Virus record (IMG/VR): IMGVR_UViG_3300020045_002337
Coordinates: 1 to 28,256 of that record
Direction: 5' to 3' (one strand)
DNA length: 28,256 bases
Origin: a virus
Taxonomy: Duplodnaviria > Caudoviricetes
Both the position numbers and the translations under genes were made by a program. The notes under the pieces are model-generated. The model saw nothing but the letters and a program-made list of their open reading frames with translations. It did not search any database and had not been told where the DNA came from. Shown here one piece after another: positions 1-9,711 of the stretch (the first letter of the stretch is position 1; the number at the start of each line of letters is the position of its first letter).

Positions 1-1
1 T

Positions 2-1213
2 CACATGGTTGCCAGACACGATGCAGCGGCTTGCGCTCTGCACGCTGATGCAATTTGTAACCCCAGTCCCGTAGTCGATAAGCATTTTCACAATGTTATC
101 TGTAACATAGGTGTCATGCGCCTGAATTTTGAAGCCGCGCTTTGATGGATTTACCACCTTATTATCTCGGAGTTTGGACCCAGCTGAAGAATAAAACGTC
201 GTTCCGGTGATCGCCAGAACCTGAAACGCATCACCCTCCTCGCCAATGATATTCCGCGCGGTATTTTCATAAACGTCATAGCCGCGCGTAAAGTCAGCCG
301 TCCATTGCAGCAAGACAGCTCGGCAAGCGCCATTCATATTGCCCGTTGTCATATCGCCAACGCTCTCGAAATCCTCGAATGTGTTGCGCCGATAGATTGA
401 CCCAGCCGCCGCGCTATACCCGTGGATACCCACGACTTGGGTTGTAGTGGATCGCAGGTCGAAAAACGCGGTGTCCTCGACAATAGCCCCGCCCGCCGTG
501 TCATAAATCCCAATCCGCGCCGTATTATCACCGTCAAAACTGCTGTTGTGGACCCGCGCGCCATCGCCCGCGATCTGCGCCATGATGCCGTTAGCGGCCC
601 CGGTCCAGATGCAGTTGCACGACAGGACGGCGTTCGCGGGGATTTGCAGCGTCGATGCGATGGCGTAAACAGGCGACGTGCCGCGAACCGCAAGCCCGGA
701 TGCAAGAGCAAGGTTTATTGCCGCCGCGTCATTCGTGACGCCGTCTCCAACTGCCCCATATGCCTCAGGCGTGGTTGTGCCGCCGTAAAGCGCAGCCGCA
801 TCAGCTGCGGCAGTCTCTGCGGCCAGCGCATAGGCTTGGCACAGCGCCAGAATATCAGCCGGGACAGGCTCGACAAACGGAACCGTAAGCAAATCGCCAA
901 GCTGATACGGCCCGCCCGATGGAAGCATGAATTGCCCAACGGTATATTCACGATCCTTGTTATCCAGCGGCTCACGATATTTCAGAATGACGGAATAGGA
1001 TGCGCCGCCCTCAAAATCAGTGCTTGCCTGCAATGCAACCGAAAATGCCCCGGTCGATACATCCGCAGTTGCCTGCGTGTATTCAGGCGCGAAAATATCA
1101 CCGGACAAATTCCAATCAGGGCGGTTTAGCTTAAACCACAGACGCGCAAGCGCTGGCGTTGCACCCGTCAGGGTTTCAAGGCTTCCGGTCACGGTGACGA
1201 GGGTTACGGTCAT
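2..1213 (-). CDS. Tailspike / receptor-binding protein with pectate-lyase-like beta-helix (putative depolymerase), C-terminus beyond the window edge
   Basis: Absent from the ORF track because it has no stop in the window. Hand translation from ATG 1213: MTVTLVTVTGSLETLTGATPALARLWFKL...PEAYGAVGDGVTNDAAAINLALASG...VTDNIV...IVSGNHV; at least 404 codons open. YGAVGDGVTND is the typical start of a tailspike beta-helix. Confidence 0.85.
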   Translation of the reverse strand, partial: MTVTLVTVTGSLETLTGATPALARLWFKLNRPDWNLSGDIFAPEYTQATADVSTGAFSVALQASTDFEGGASYSVILKYREPLDNKDREYTVGQFMLPSGGPYQLGDLLTVPFVEPVPADILALCQAYALAAETAAADAAALYGGTTTPEAYGAVGDGVTNDAAAINLALASGLAVRGTSPVYAIASTLQIPANAVLSCNCIWTGAANGIMAQIAGDGARVHNSSFDGDNTARIGIYDTAGGAIVEDTAFFDLRSTTTQVVGIHGYSAAAGSIYRRNTFEDFESVGDMTTGNMNGACRAVLLQWTADFTRGYDVYENTARNIIGEEGDAFQVLAITGTTFYSSAGSKLRDNKVVNPSKRGFKIQAHDTYVTDNIVKMLIDYGTGVTNCISVQSASRCIVSGNHV

Positions 1214-1225
1214 GTGTTGCTCCGA

Positions 1226-1552
1226 TTATGCGGTGATTTGCGCGGCGGCGCGGAATAGATCGTCAATCTGCGTGTCTGTCAGGCCCAAGCCTACCGCCAA
1301 AGCCGCGATGGTAGGGCTGTTGCGGCGGAACTCTACAGCCTCGGCCCAAGCGAGTTGCGCAACAGGTCCAGCCCCGGCAAGGGCGAGATTTACCCCGGCC
1401 AGCAGGCCGGCATCAAGCAAAGCCGCCATCGCCTGAAAGCGGCTGACAACCATGCGTGAACGCCAAGCCACCAAGGCCGCGCCGTTTTCCTCGCTGGTAT
1501 ATTCGCGGGTTGTAACCTCGCCAGTCGGCGCGTGCGTGATCACTTCAAGCAT
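1226..1552 (-). CDS. Small tail-fibre-associated phage protein
   Basis: ATG 1552 overlaps the upstream TAA. VSRFQAMAAL...WAEAVEFRRNSP...GLTDTQIDDLF pattern is commonly seen next to phage tail fibre genes. Confidence 0.65.
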   Translation of the reverse strand: MLEVITHAPTGEVTTREYTSEENGAALVAWRSRMVVSRFQAMAALLDAGLLAGVNLALAGAGPVAQLAWAEAVEFRRNSPTIAALAVGLGLTDTQIDDLFRAAAQITA

Positions 1553-2061
1553 TATTTTGCCCCCCAAATCCTGATCGAGCCAGCGTCAAATGCGCTTGTA
1601 AACAGGCTAAAGCTGATTGACGTTGAAGCTGTTGAATAGCCAGTCAAGCCACCGCCAACCGGAGGCAGAATACCGGATGAAACGATAGCCGTTGCCACCC
1701 CATTGGATAGATCAAGCAGGACAGACCCATACCATTGATCGGCGGATGTGGCGATGCCCTCGGCCACATTTGCGCCGCCAAACTGCAAATCCGCACCAGA
1801 AGCCGCAGTTGACACCCCGTTTATGGTGCAGATCAGGAATTTATATGGCGTCAGATCCAGCCCTGAAAGCGTTTGTGTCGTGCCGCTTGTCGTCGTTAAA
1901 GTCCCGAGCCTGACACTGGGAAGCAATGACAGCGGCACAGTCCCATCAGCCTCTGCTATTGACAACGGATTGTCCCGCAGCGCACGGCCTTGCTGTAGCG
2001 TGATCGGTTTTTGATACGCTATAACGGAGTTTGTGACTGCCGCGCTGTTATATGTTGCCAT
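1552..2061 (-). CDS. Minor tail / short fibre protein
   Basis: 169 aa, S/T/G-rich beta-type sequence ending FDAGSIRIWG; lies after the tail-tip gene. Confidence 0.6.
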   Translation of the reverse strand: MATYNSAAVTNSVIAYQKPITLQQGRALRDNPLSIAEADGTVPLSLLPSVRLGTLTTTSGTTQTLSGLDLTPYKFLICTINGVSTAASGADLQFGGANVAEGIATSADQWYGSVLLDLSNGVATAIVSSGILPPVGGGLTGYSTASTSISFSLFTSAFDAGSIRIWGAK

Positions 2062-2070
2062 TATGCGCCC

Positions 2071-3843
2071 CTAAAACCATTGGTAATCATCGCCGCCCCC
2101 CGGCATTCCGGGGCTTGTTTCGTCACCCCAAAATGCGCCCGTCGCACGCTGCGCAGGTGTTGCGCTGTCATAGTCAGCAGGGGCCGTCGCTGCATCAAGC
2201 CAGAAAGCAAACTGCCCGTCTATCCTATACGTTTCCGCGCGGAATTTCACCCTATCATCGGTGTATTCAACAAAATTAACCTGCACAGGCTCGGCCAAGA
2301 TAGCGCCGTCAATATCTTGGAGCACATAGCTTTCAAAAAGCAGCCTAGAGCCAAGACTTACGGATGCCCGATCCTTCACATCAAGCGTGCCAGATACAAT
2401 ATTCGGCGGCTTGCTATACCGAGCGCGAAGCCGTTCCGCGATGATCGAAATTGACACATCATCGCCACTGCGGCCAAACCAACGTGTGAATATCTCTTTG
2501 TAAGCGTCCTGCCCATACAGGTTTTCGCTTTCAACGGCTACGGTCAGCTTGTTGAAGTTTTTGCTAGAAATTGTGTCATCCGTCCAATCCCGCACCGCAT
2601 GGTAAAACCATAGGGCAGAAATGCGCTGATCCTCAGCCCGGTCAATATCGGGGGTGCCTTCAATGATCGCATCGCTGTCATTGATTGGATAGTAGGTTTC
2701 CCCCGGCAAGAGTGGCGCATTGACCTTATACTTGATTTCCTGATCAACAGGGTCCCACCAGATCATAACCCCAAGCTGGCACAGCTCACCGATCAGCGTT
2801 TTCTTCCCGGTCGGCTTTGATATGATCACCCTGCCAATGACTAGGCCGGAATACCAAGTATCGTTTTCATCCTGCCAATCTGACGATGGAATGAACGCAT
2901 TGAAGCCTGTCGTTTTGTATTTCAGCACCACCTCTGCGGCTTGGTTGATTGTCAGCCCATCCAGAACAAGGCATTCCTGCACCACGTCACCAATGGCATG
3001 TGTCGAAGCGTCTGTGCCTTCCCGCGCGCGCGAAATGGTCATAACATCGCCGGATCGTGTGAAGCTTACAATCTCTCGGCCAATGCGCGCCAAGCCGCTT
3101 GACGCATAGTCAGATGCGCCAATGCCCGCCGGGGTGAGTGTCAGTGTTGCATCGCCAGTTCCAAGAGCAGCAGACAGCTTGCCAAGCGATGCGCTTGGGC
3201 AAACCGCCTTTTCATTATCTGCCAGATCCAGAATGTCCTTTGACGTGATCTGCACAACGCCAGCTGCGTTTGGCCCGCTTAATTCGGCCATCACGTAATG
3301 CTCTGTAGGCATGGCGGCAATTACATCGCCAACGTAGCCCCGCCTCACGCGCGTTGCCAAACCCATATAGTAGGGGTTACGCGCAAATAGCCGCGATAAG
3401 GCGTGGCCGCGATCTAGGGGCTGATAGCCGATACCAGATGCCAGCGCCGCGCCGCTAACCCGTTCTGACTGGTATTTATCAAACCATGTGTCGTTGTCTG
3501 CAAAGTCTTGCAGCTTAATCGTCACGCGCGCACGAATGCCCAGCGCAGTAGACTTCGGGTCAATGCCGGATAAGTTCAATTCACCCGGTCGGCTGGATAC
3601 ATCGGTTAGGCAGGGGAAGATGCCAGGAATATCAGGCAGGCCGTCCTCGTTATATGCGAAGGTGACTGTTTTTGTCCCCGCCACGTAGTTTGCGGCGTCT
3701 TGGCATGTAAAACGGCTATTGAAGCACTTCGCCGCCCCGGTAGTTCCAAGCGATGCCATGCACGGCGCAGTGCCATAGGTGCGCGTGCAGTATGGCAAAT
3801 CTATTTCCACAAGCGTCAGAGGTTTGCGGCCAAGTTCACCCAT
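2071..3843 (-). CDS. Tail tip / hub protein
   Basis: 590 aa, N-terminal Cys cluster (CTRTYGTAPC...KCFNSRFTC); second gene after the tape measure. Confidence 0.7.
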   Translation of the reverse strand: MGELGRKPLTLVEIDLPYCTRTYGTAPCMASLGTTGAAKCFNSRFTCQDAANYVAGTKTVTFAYNEDGLPDIPGIFPCLTDVSSRPGELNLSGIDPKSTALGIRARVTIKLQDFADNDTWFDKYQSERVSGAALASGIGYQPLDRGHALSRLFARNPYYMGLATRVRRGYVGDVIAAMPTEHYVMAELSGPNAAGVVQITSKDILDLADNEKAVCPSASLGKLSAALGTGDATLTLTPAGIGASDYASSGLARIGREIVSFTRSGDVMTISRAREGTDASTHAIGDVVQECLVLDGLTINQAAEVVLKYKTTGFNAFIPSSDWQDENDTWYSGLVIGRVIISKPTGKKTLIGELCQLGVMIWWDPVDQEIKYKVNAPLLPGETYYPINDSDAIIEGTPDIDRAEDQRISALWFYHAVRDWTDDTISSKNFNKLTVAVESENLYGQDAYKEIFTRWFGRSGDDVSISIIAERLRARYSKPPNIVSGTLDVKDRASVSLGSRLLFESYVLQDIDGAILAEPVQVNFVEYTDDRVKFRAETYRIDGQFAFWLDAATAPADYDSATPAQRATGAFWGDETSPGMPGGGDDYQWF

Positions 3844-4672
3844 TTGCGTAAACCCTCGCGCTGAATTTGATATTCATCCAGTCTAATGGCCCGCTATTCT
3901 CAGGCCGGATCACTCCACCGTCGCGCGCGCAATAATATATATCCTCTGGATATTTCAGCGGACGCCACGCAAAGAAAAATCCCTTACCCTCGCCAAATGC
4001 AGACTGGAACGCCAACCACTCCGCAGATCGAATAAAAGCAGGAACGATATTCGAAATATCCACAGCGACAGTAGACCCTCGGCTGATCACGCTGGACCCC
4101 AAAAGATTTGCCCCGACACTTACATTCGATTGCAGCTGCACTTCGGTAGGCGTCAAAACTGGCGAGAATCCTTGATACATGCGGCGCGGAATAACCAAAT
4201 CGTCGCCAAGGAACGCAACGCCAACGGACAAATCATCCCCAGCCGTAAGGTCGGAAAACACAAAACGCCAATACCTATATGCCCCATTCGACGCGGATCT
4301 GCGGAACCCAATAACCTTGTTATCCGCAGGCGTGTTGGACAGAATTGCAGTCCATGTGGAATTGTCCGACGATCTTTGCAGCGACACCGTAGCACCAAAG
4401 TCGGAAGCATTATGCGCCGCAATGGCCGCAAAGGTTATGGCCGTAGCCGTGCCTAGATCGAAGGACAGCACCGCCGTTGTTCCGGTAACGTTTGGCCTCC
4501 ACTTGTCATAAGTAGACCCTGAAACTGCATTCGCCCTATCGCCACCAGTGACAACGGAAGTCCCGCCAAGAGTGGCCGCAGCGCCAAGATTTTGCCATGC
4601 GACAAATGGATTATTCTGATAGCCAAAGTTTGCCAACTCAATGTTGCGCGCATCGGTGCTTTCAATCGTCAT
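3836..4672 (-). CDS. Distal-tail-like protein with a possible galactose-binding/discoidin-like insert
   Basis: Directly follows the tape measure; LSFDLGTATAITFAAIAAHN...SSDNSTWT...YRYWRF resembles an F5/8-type fold. Confidence 0.6.
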   Translation of the reverse strand: MTIESTDARNIELANFGYQNNPFVAWQNLGAAATLGGTSVVTGGDRANAVSGSTYDKWRPNVTGTTAVLSFDLGTATAITFAAIAAHNASDFGATVSLQRSSDNSTWTAILSNTPADNKVIGFRRSASNGAYRYWRFVFSDLTAGDDLSVGVAFLGDDLVIPRRMYQGFSPVLTPTEVQLQSNVSVGANLLGSSVISRGSTVAVDISNIVPAFIRSAEWLAFQSAFGEGKGFFFAWRPLKYPEDIYYCARDGGVIRPENSGPLDWMNIKFSARVYANG

Positions 4673-6276
4673 GATGCCCCCACATTTAAACGCCCGCCGT
4701 CGCCAAGCCAGTCATTCAGCCCGCCCGCGATCATCTTAATCGTGTCTTGCGTGGGCTGGAACCCCCCATAAAAATTGATATTCGCCGTGCGCATTTCAGC
4801 CGGTGCAGATGATGCAGCTGCGACCGCCGTTGACACGCCTCCTCCACCACCACCACCGCCCTTGATTGAGCTAACGGCTTTCAGGCCAGCCGCAAGCACG
4901 CCGCCAGCCATTGCCAACCGCTGCAATGGGGTCATGCCGCCCGGTGCGTTCAACGCCTTGAGATAGGCCCCGTAGGCATCGATTAGGCCCTGCGCTGCAC
5001 CTGCAATGCGACTGATCTTAAGCATCTTGTCATTGCCCGCTGCGAAAACATTCGCCATTTCACCCAGGAAAGCCCCAGCCTTTTGCAGACCCGTGCCATA
5101 GCGCCAAACATCAATGCCCTCCATCGTTTCGGAGTGCTGTTGCTGCGCCGCCTCCATCAGTGCGGCGTATTCCTGTTGTGTGATCAATCGCTGATCTAGC
5201 GCCGCCGTGAGCGTTTCCTGCTGCCGTGCGAAGCTGTCGATCTGCGCTTGCTCTTGCGTGGCGAGGCTGGATTGCAGTGCCTCAATTTCGGCAATGAGTG
5301 GGTTTACCGTTGCGCCGCCGCCACCGCCAGCGTTATCAGGTCCGCCCCAATCAACACCGCCTGCACCCGGTGGCGCGCGGCGTGGGCGCATACTTGTTTC
5401 AGGGGCAAGACCGGGCGTGCCTACCGCAGCAACTGCGGCGGCTGCATCCCACAAGGTTGATGCCAAAGACACCGCATCACCAATCGCGCCTGATAGCCAA
5501 CCACTGTTTGGCGCGCTGGCAACAAGGGACACTATGGCATCTTTCGCCTGCACAATGGCATCATAGATTTCGCCAACGTTCTGCTTAACAGCGTTCAGCT
5601 TGGCTTTGGCAAGGTCCAATTCGGTGCGGGCTTGGCGATAAGCCTTAAGCTGTGCCTCTAGCGGCGCAATGGTGGCGTTGATTGTATTGAGCTGTAGCTG
5701 CGATGTATCCTTGGCATTCTTAATGCCTTGCGCGATATGTTCCTCAAGCGCTTTCCGTTGCCGCAACAGATCATTCAACTGCTGGACAATCAGCACTTCC
5801 TCTTGGTCAATCCCCATCTTAATGGCGGCGGATGCAATGCGAAATGCCTCGGTTGCAGATGCCAACTCCTTCATGGCCGATGCCAAGGCCAGAGCTTTCT
5901 CACTTGTTGTGCTGAATGCTGAAACGAGGATCGGCAGCGCAATGCCAGCCAGCAAACCAGCCGCAGCGCCAACCGCGCCAAACATAATCCCGATATCGGG
6001 CAACTGGATAGCAAGAGCTTGGGCAAAATTGCCAGTAACCATTGCCTGCTGCCCAACTTGGGAAAGTTGCATGGATACGTTGCGCAGATTTGGGGCAATA
6101 CCGGATGCGGACCCGCCGACTTGGTTGAATTTATTACCCAACCCGCTAACCTTAAGCCCCGCAGCCTCAGCCCCAGCAGCCAACTTAGCCAAGTCACCAT
6201 TAGCCGCCGCAACAGCCGCTTTCAGGTCGCCAGCATCGCCCGTGATCTTGATATTCAGCGCGCTAAGTTCGGTCAT
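4669..6276 (-). CDS. Tail tape measure protein (short, 535 aa)
   Basis: Ala-rich helical protein with LNIKITGDAGDL N-terminus and QLSQVGQQ...ALAIQLPDI; follows the tail chaperones. Confidence 0.88.
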   Translation of the reverse strand: MTELSALNIKITGDAGDLKAAVAAANGDLAKLAAGAEAAGLKVSGLGNKFNQVGGSASGIAPNLRNVSMQLSQVGQQAMVTGNFAQALAIQLPDIGIMFGAVGAAAGLLAGIALPILVSAFSTTSEKALALASAMKELASATEAFRIASAAIKMGIDQEEVLIVQQLNDLLRQRKALEEHIAQGIKNAKDTSQLQLNTINATIAPLEAQLKAYRQARTELDLAKAKLNAVKQNVGEIYDAIVQAKDAIVSLVASAPNSGWLSGAIGDAVSLASTLWDAAAAVAAVGTPGLAPETSMRPRRAPPGAGGVDWGGPDNAGGGGGATVNPLIAEIEALQSSLATQEQAQIDSFARQQETLTAALDQRLITQQEYAALMEAAQQQHSETMEGIDVWRYGTGLQKAGAFLGEMANVFAAGNDKMLKISRIAGAAQGLIDAYGAYLKALNAPGGMTPLQRLAMAGGVLAAGLKAVSSIKGGGGGGGGVSTAVAAASSAPAEMRTANINFYGGFQPTQDTIKMIAGGLNDWLGDGGRLNVGAS

Positions 6277-6508
6277 TCATCTTTTCCCTGTGTTCCTTGC
6301 GCGCCTTGTCCCATTGGGCTTTGCTAAATCCGCCGTCTTTGCCTGCCTTGACCCCCGAGATTTCCTTAATCCGCCGTTGCTCTACAACCTTGCCATCGAA
6401 CTCCACCCACCAATCGTAAACAGGCAACCCCCAGAACTCACTCGGCTGCATTTCCCACGCGCGGGCGGCTTGATACGCAGATCGCTCAAACGCCGCCCAT
6501 GTTATTCC
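6263..6508 (-). CDS. Tail assembly chaperone, frameshifted C-terminal part (lambda gpT analogue)
   Basis: The -1 frame is open from GGA at 6508 (GITWAAFERSAYQAARAWE) into the 62-aa track ORF MQPSEFWGLPVYDW; PSEFW is typical of these chaperones. Confidence 0.8.
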   Translation of the reverse strand, partial: GITWAAFERSAYQAARAWEMQPSEFWGLPVYDWWVEFDGKVVEQRRIKEISGVKAGKDGGFSKAQWDKARKEHREKMNDRT

Positions 6509-6885
6509 CCCGGCTGTTCCTTACCCTCATCACTGGCATCAGGCGTCTCTTGGTTCCTCGGCGTGACGATCAAGGCCAGATAGTCGGAGGCAATCGCCTT
6601 GCCCACCAGCAACCCCGCGTCAAACATCGCCTCTTGGATTTGGCCCAACGTTGCCTTTTCACCCGCAGCCTTTGCGCCGATGTGAATGATCACAGGGACA
6701 TTCTCGACCGTGAATGAAAACTTCGGGTGATAGACCTGCCCAACCTGCCCCATCATGGCCTCAAGTGCCGCCTCGCGCGCGATGGCGAGAGGATCGGCAA
6801 CCTGCTTGGCAATATCACGGGCCGCCCCAAACGTTGCCGCCAATTCCAGATGCAGCCCGCCGAATTCCGCTGTCATTGACCGCAT
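6502..6885 (-). CDS. Tail assembly chaperone (lambda gpG analogue, GTA-gp10-like)
   Basis: 127 aa between tail tube and tape measure; ends CCG GGG GAA TAA. Confidence 0.8.
   Translation of the reverse strand: MRSMTAEFGGLHLELAATFGAARDIAKQVADPLAIAREAALEAMMGQVGQVYHPKFSFTVENVPVIIHIGAKAAGEKATLGQIQEAMFDAGLLVGKAIASDYLALIVTPRNQETPDASDEGKEQPGE
6505..6511 (-). other. -1 programmed ribosomal frameshift site G GGG GAA
   Basis: Heptamer sits just before the stop of the first chaperone ORF; the -1 frame joins the downstream ORF (57 nt to its ATG, no stop). Confidence 0.8.
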
Positions 6886-7283
6886 TATGGCGTGCCTGCC
6901 GTGTAGGTAATCACGCCCGAGGACATGAACGTAGCGGTGAATTCATAAGCCCCATCATGCTCACCTGTACCTTCATAGGACGAGATCAGGAAAGACCCCT
7001 CAAGACTGCCGCCAGTGCTTGTTGGCAGATTGGTTGTCAGTGTTTCTGCGGAAACGTTTGCGGCCATGATCGCCGCAAGCAAGACTTGGTCTGATGTAAT
7101 ACCGCCAACTGTTTGCTCAACACTGCGCAAGCCGGGGGTTGCAAGCAGGGTGCGCCAGCCTTCATCATCATCGGTTGTCACATCCACATAGTCATTCGTG
7201 ACCGTATAACCCTTGGTGCGAACACCAACCAAGGTTACGCTGTCCCAATCAATCGTTAGTTCGCGTCCATTATGGCCAGCCAT
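6885..7283 (-). CDS. Major tail tube protein (TP901-1/GTA-like family)
   Basis: VDVTTDDDEGWRTLL...G...GSFLISSYEGTGEHDGAYEFTATFMSSG motif pattern. Confidence 0.9.
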   Translation of the reverse strand: MAGHNGRELTIDWDSVTLVGVRTKGYTVTNDYVDVTTDDDEGWRTLLATPGLRSVEQTVGGITSDQVLLAAIMAANVSAETLTTNLPTSTGGSLEGSFLISSYEGTGEHDGAYEFTATFMSSGVITYTAGTP

Positions 7284-7284
7284 T

Positions 7285-7692
7285 TTAAGACCCCTTCTGA
7301 ATGGTCAATCTGTATCGTTGTATTCCGTGCTTTGTGACCCCATCAGGATCATCCATCGCCTCGGAAAACTCATGCAGGCAATCTAACACAACATAGCCTG
7401 TTTTGGAAAGCGCCGCGCGGTTGAGCCGATCATATGCGGCCTGCATGATGGTTTTAACCTGATTAAACCCTTCGGCGCGTGACCAGAAATGAACGGTCAC
7501 GGTGATTTCACCGCCAACCTGATCATCCGTATCAAACGGCACCGATGTATCATTGCCAATTACGACATATGGGAATGTGGTTGCAGGTGCGCCCTCCGGC
7601 AAGAATGGCGCGGTGTCAAATAGATTTGCGCCTCCGATATTCCCGGTCAGGCGGTCGAAAATGATCTGTTGCGCGATGTTGAGAAAGCTCAT
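7285..7692 (-). CDS. Tail terminator / completion protein (DUF3168-like)
   Basis: FPYVVIG...VHFWSR...DPDGVTKHG motifs; synteny. Confidence 0.85.
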   Translation of the reverse strand: MSFLNIAQQIIFDRLTGNIGGANLFDTAPFLPEGAPATTFPYVVIGNDTSVPFDTDDQVGGEITVTVHFWSRAEGFNQVKTIMQAAYDRLNRAALSKTGYVVLDCLHEFSEAMDDPDGVTKHGIQRYRLTIQKGS

Positions 7693-8132
7693 TTTGTCAG
7701 CGCCTCAATTCGCAGCTTCATTTCCTTTTCAACCCCGATCTTGGCACGCTCGAATGACGGTAACAACCACGGGCGTGCGGCCATGCGGGACGTGCCGAAT
7801 TCCAGCCATGCGCCGTATTTCACCGCCGTTCCGACCTCGCCAACAATAGCCGAAGCCGTTGGCAGGATCATGCGCACCGATGATGCCAGCCGCCCCGTGT
7901 CTGTCGCAGGATAAGACCCCGGCGCAGATGCCTGATGCGTGCGGCGCGGTTTGTATTTCTCATAGACCCGACCGCCACCACCTGCGGCCATGCCTTGAAC
8001 GGCATAGGCGTGCGTGTCGGTCACAATATCCGTGATCGCGTTGATCACCACATCGTCAGCATCTGCACCGAGCGCCTTAAGCTGCCCCAACAGTTGCGCC
8101 ATGCCGTCAAGCTTGATGCCGATGGTGGTCAT
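7689..8132 (-). CDS. HK97 gp10-family tail/neck protein
   Basis: PATDTGRLASS...YGAWLEFGTSRMAARPWLLP signature. Confidence 0.9.
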   Translation of the reverse strand: MTTIGIKLDGMAQLLGQLKALGADADDVVINAITDIVTDTHAYAVQGMAAGGGGRVYEKYKPRRTHQASAPGSYPATDTGRLASSVRMILPTASAIVGEVGTAVKYGAWLEFGTSRMAARPWLLPSFERAKIGVEKEMKLRIEALTK

Positions 8133-8479
8133 GACGCCACCCCATCGCTCAATCGCCAGTCCAGCCAGTTCGCCATGCCATCAGGGTCCACAACCCCAAG
8201 CACTGCGTATTCCTTGCCCTTCCAGATCACCCGCTGCGCCGCCGACGCCCCCGCGAAATACCGCGTCACCATTTTCAGGGTGTTGCCCGGAACCTGCCGC
8301 ATAAAGCCCCACTTCTCATTTCCCGGTGCCGCCGTGATCATCGCGCGCGTACTGGACCCCGACAGCGCAGCCCAGCCCACGGTAAACCCACCCTGACCGT
8401 CTGGCGTGCGTGTTTTGGCCTCAATCGAGACTGTTTGGCGAAAGGCCCCGATTGGGTATGGTGCGCATCCGATGGTCAT
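8129..8479 (-). CDS. Head closure / head-tail joining protein (SPP1 gp16-like)
   Basis: RTPDGQGGFTVGW...RVIWKGKEYAV; synteny. Confidence 0.85.
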   Translation of the reverse strand: MTIGCAPYPIGAFRQTVSIEAKTRTPDGQGGFTVGWAALSGSSTRAMITAAPGNEKWGFMRQVPGNTLKMVTRYFAGASAAQRVIWKGKEYAVLGVVDPDGMANWLDWRLSDGVAS

Positions 8480-9108
8480 TCAAAACCCATCTGATCCAAG
8501 CGACGATACGGCCCCAGCATGGCCTTGCACGCGGCAGGCATCTCGCAGCCTTCCCTGCATTCATACATCGCCGCAACATGCGTGCGCATGGCTTGCAGGA
8601 TGGCATACGGGATTGGGGATGCGCCAGAGACATATCGGATTGCCACAGCATCAGCGCGTCGAATATCTGACGGCCAAACCGCGCCCTCATTCAGATACAC
8701 CCGGCCAATGTCAAAGCCGTAGTTCGCCACGTCAAACACCGCCGAAGTGTTATCACGCGCATAGGTGGTAATGCTGGTGATCGAGGCAACAGGCCCGAAT
8801 GGCAAGTCAATCACATCCGGCGACCCAAGCATCCATGGGTAGGATACAACATGCACCCCCGGCCCCAATCGGTCCAGCCGATCAAGGCTAGCCGTCGGAA
8901 AGCCGTCCATGCGCAACTCAAGGGTTTCCGGTGACAATGACCGCTTGCAATACTGACGAATTGCATCTGCCGCAGCATTGATAAACGCCTCGATTAGCAC
9001 ATCATCCGCCGTGCCTTCGACATTGAGAAACGATTTTGCATCCGCAACCGAGATAGGTAGCACAGACGGCGGCGTGATGGTTAAAACGGTGCGGCGGTTA
9101 TAGGTCAC
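8476..9108 (-). CDS. Head-tail connector (HK97 gp6 / phiE125 gp8-like adaptor)
   Basis: PISVADAKSFLNV...DDVLIEAFINAA...IPYAILQAM...YECRE...LGPYR. Confidence 0.88.
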   Translation of the reverse strand: MTYNRRTVLTITPPSVLPISVADAKSFLNVEGTADDVLIEAFINAAADAIRQYCKRSLSPETLELRMDGFPTASLDRLDRLGPGVHVVSYPWMLGSPDVIDLPFGPVASITSITTYARDNTSAVFDVANYGFDIGRVYLNEGAVWPSDIRRADAVAIRYVSGASPIPYAILQAMRTHVAAMYECREGCEMPAACKAMLGPYRRLDQMGFE

Positions 9109-9689
9109 GGCTTAAACGTCCTCTGGATAAAGATTGAGAAACCCCAAGCCGTAATATCAACGTTTGGCGTGATATAAAGCTTACCCCCATTCAGCCCGAA
9201 TGTATCCAAGCAAAAGAACGGCGTCGAGAGCGTTAGCTGTGTAGCAATGCCCTGCCCCTTAAGCAGTGAAAGGCTTGTCGATGATGCGATAAACGGAACT
9301 CCGGGCGTTCCAATGTCAGTCTCAAAATTAACATATGCCCCGGTGCCTGAATTAGTTTGCGCAATCGTGCATCCAAGCCGAACCGTAAACGCCTCGCCCA
9401 AGGCAGATGGCTTGAATATATTGCCAGACCACACATCCGAGTGCATTCCATTTGCGTAGGTGATATTAGTCGCCGCGCCCAACCCGTTGATTGTTATCTG
9501 CGTGCGAACCCCCGCCAAGATCACGCGCGGCGAACCTACGGTATATTGGCTATCCGCATAATTCGCCCAGCCGGATTGCAGATATGGCAATGTCACATCA
9601 ATGCCGCCAGCCACGCCAGCAATGCGCGCAACTGACTTCTCAGCGAACGATGCGGCCCTGATATTATTGATTATTTCAGACAGCTTCAC
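9105..9689 (-). CDS. Beta-rich virion protein, possible head fibre/decoration
   Basis: GTG start after AGGGG; 194 aa in the head operon; function inferred from position only. Confidence 0.5.
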   Translation of the reverse strand: MKLSEIINNIRAASFAEKSVARIAGVAGGIDVTLPYLQSGWANYADSQYTVGSPRVILAGVRTQITINGLGAATNITYANGMHSDVWSGNIFKPSALGEAFTVRLGCTIAQTNSGTGAYVNFETDIGTPGVPFIASSTSLSLLKGQGIATQLTLSTPFFCLDTFGLNGGKLYITPNVDITAWGFSIFIQRTFKP

Positions 9690-9711
9690 ATCAAACCCCT
9701 GCGCTTGGTGA

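Noticed and set aside
93-108. Palindrome ATGTTA-TCTG-TAACAT resembling the late motif
   Set aside because: Spacing is one base shorter and it lies inside the tailspike coding sequence.
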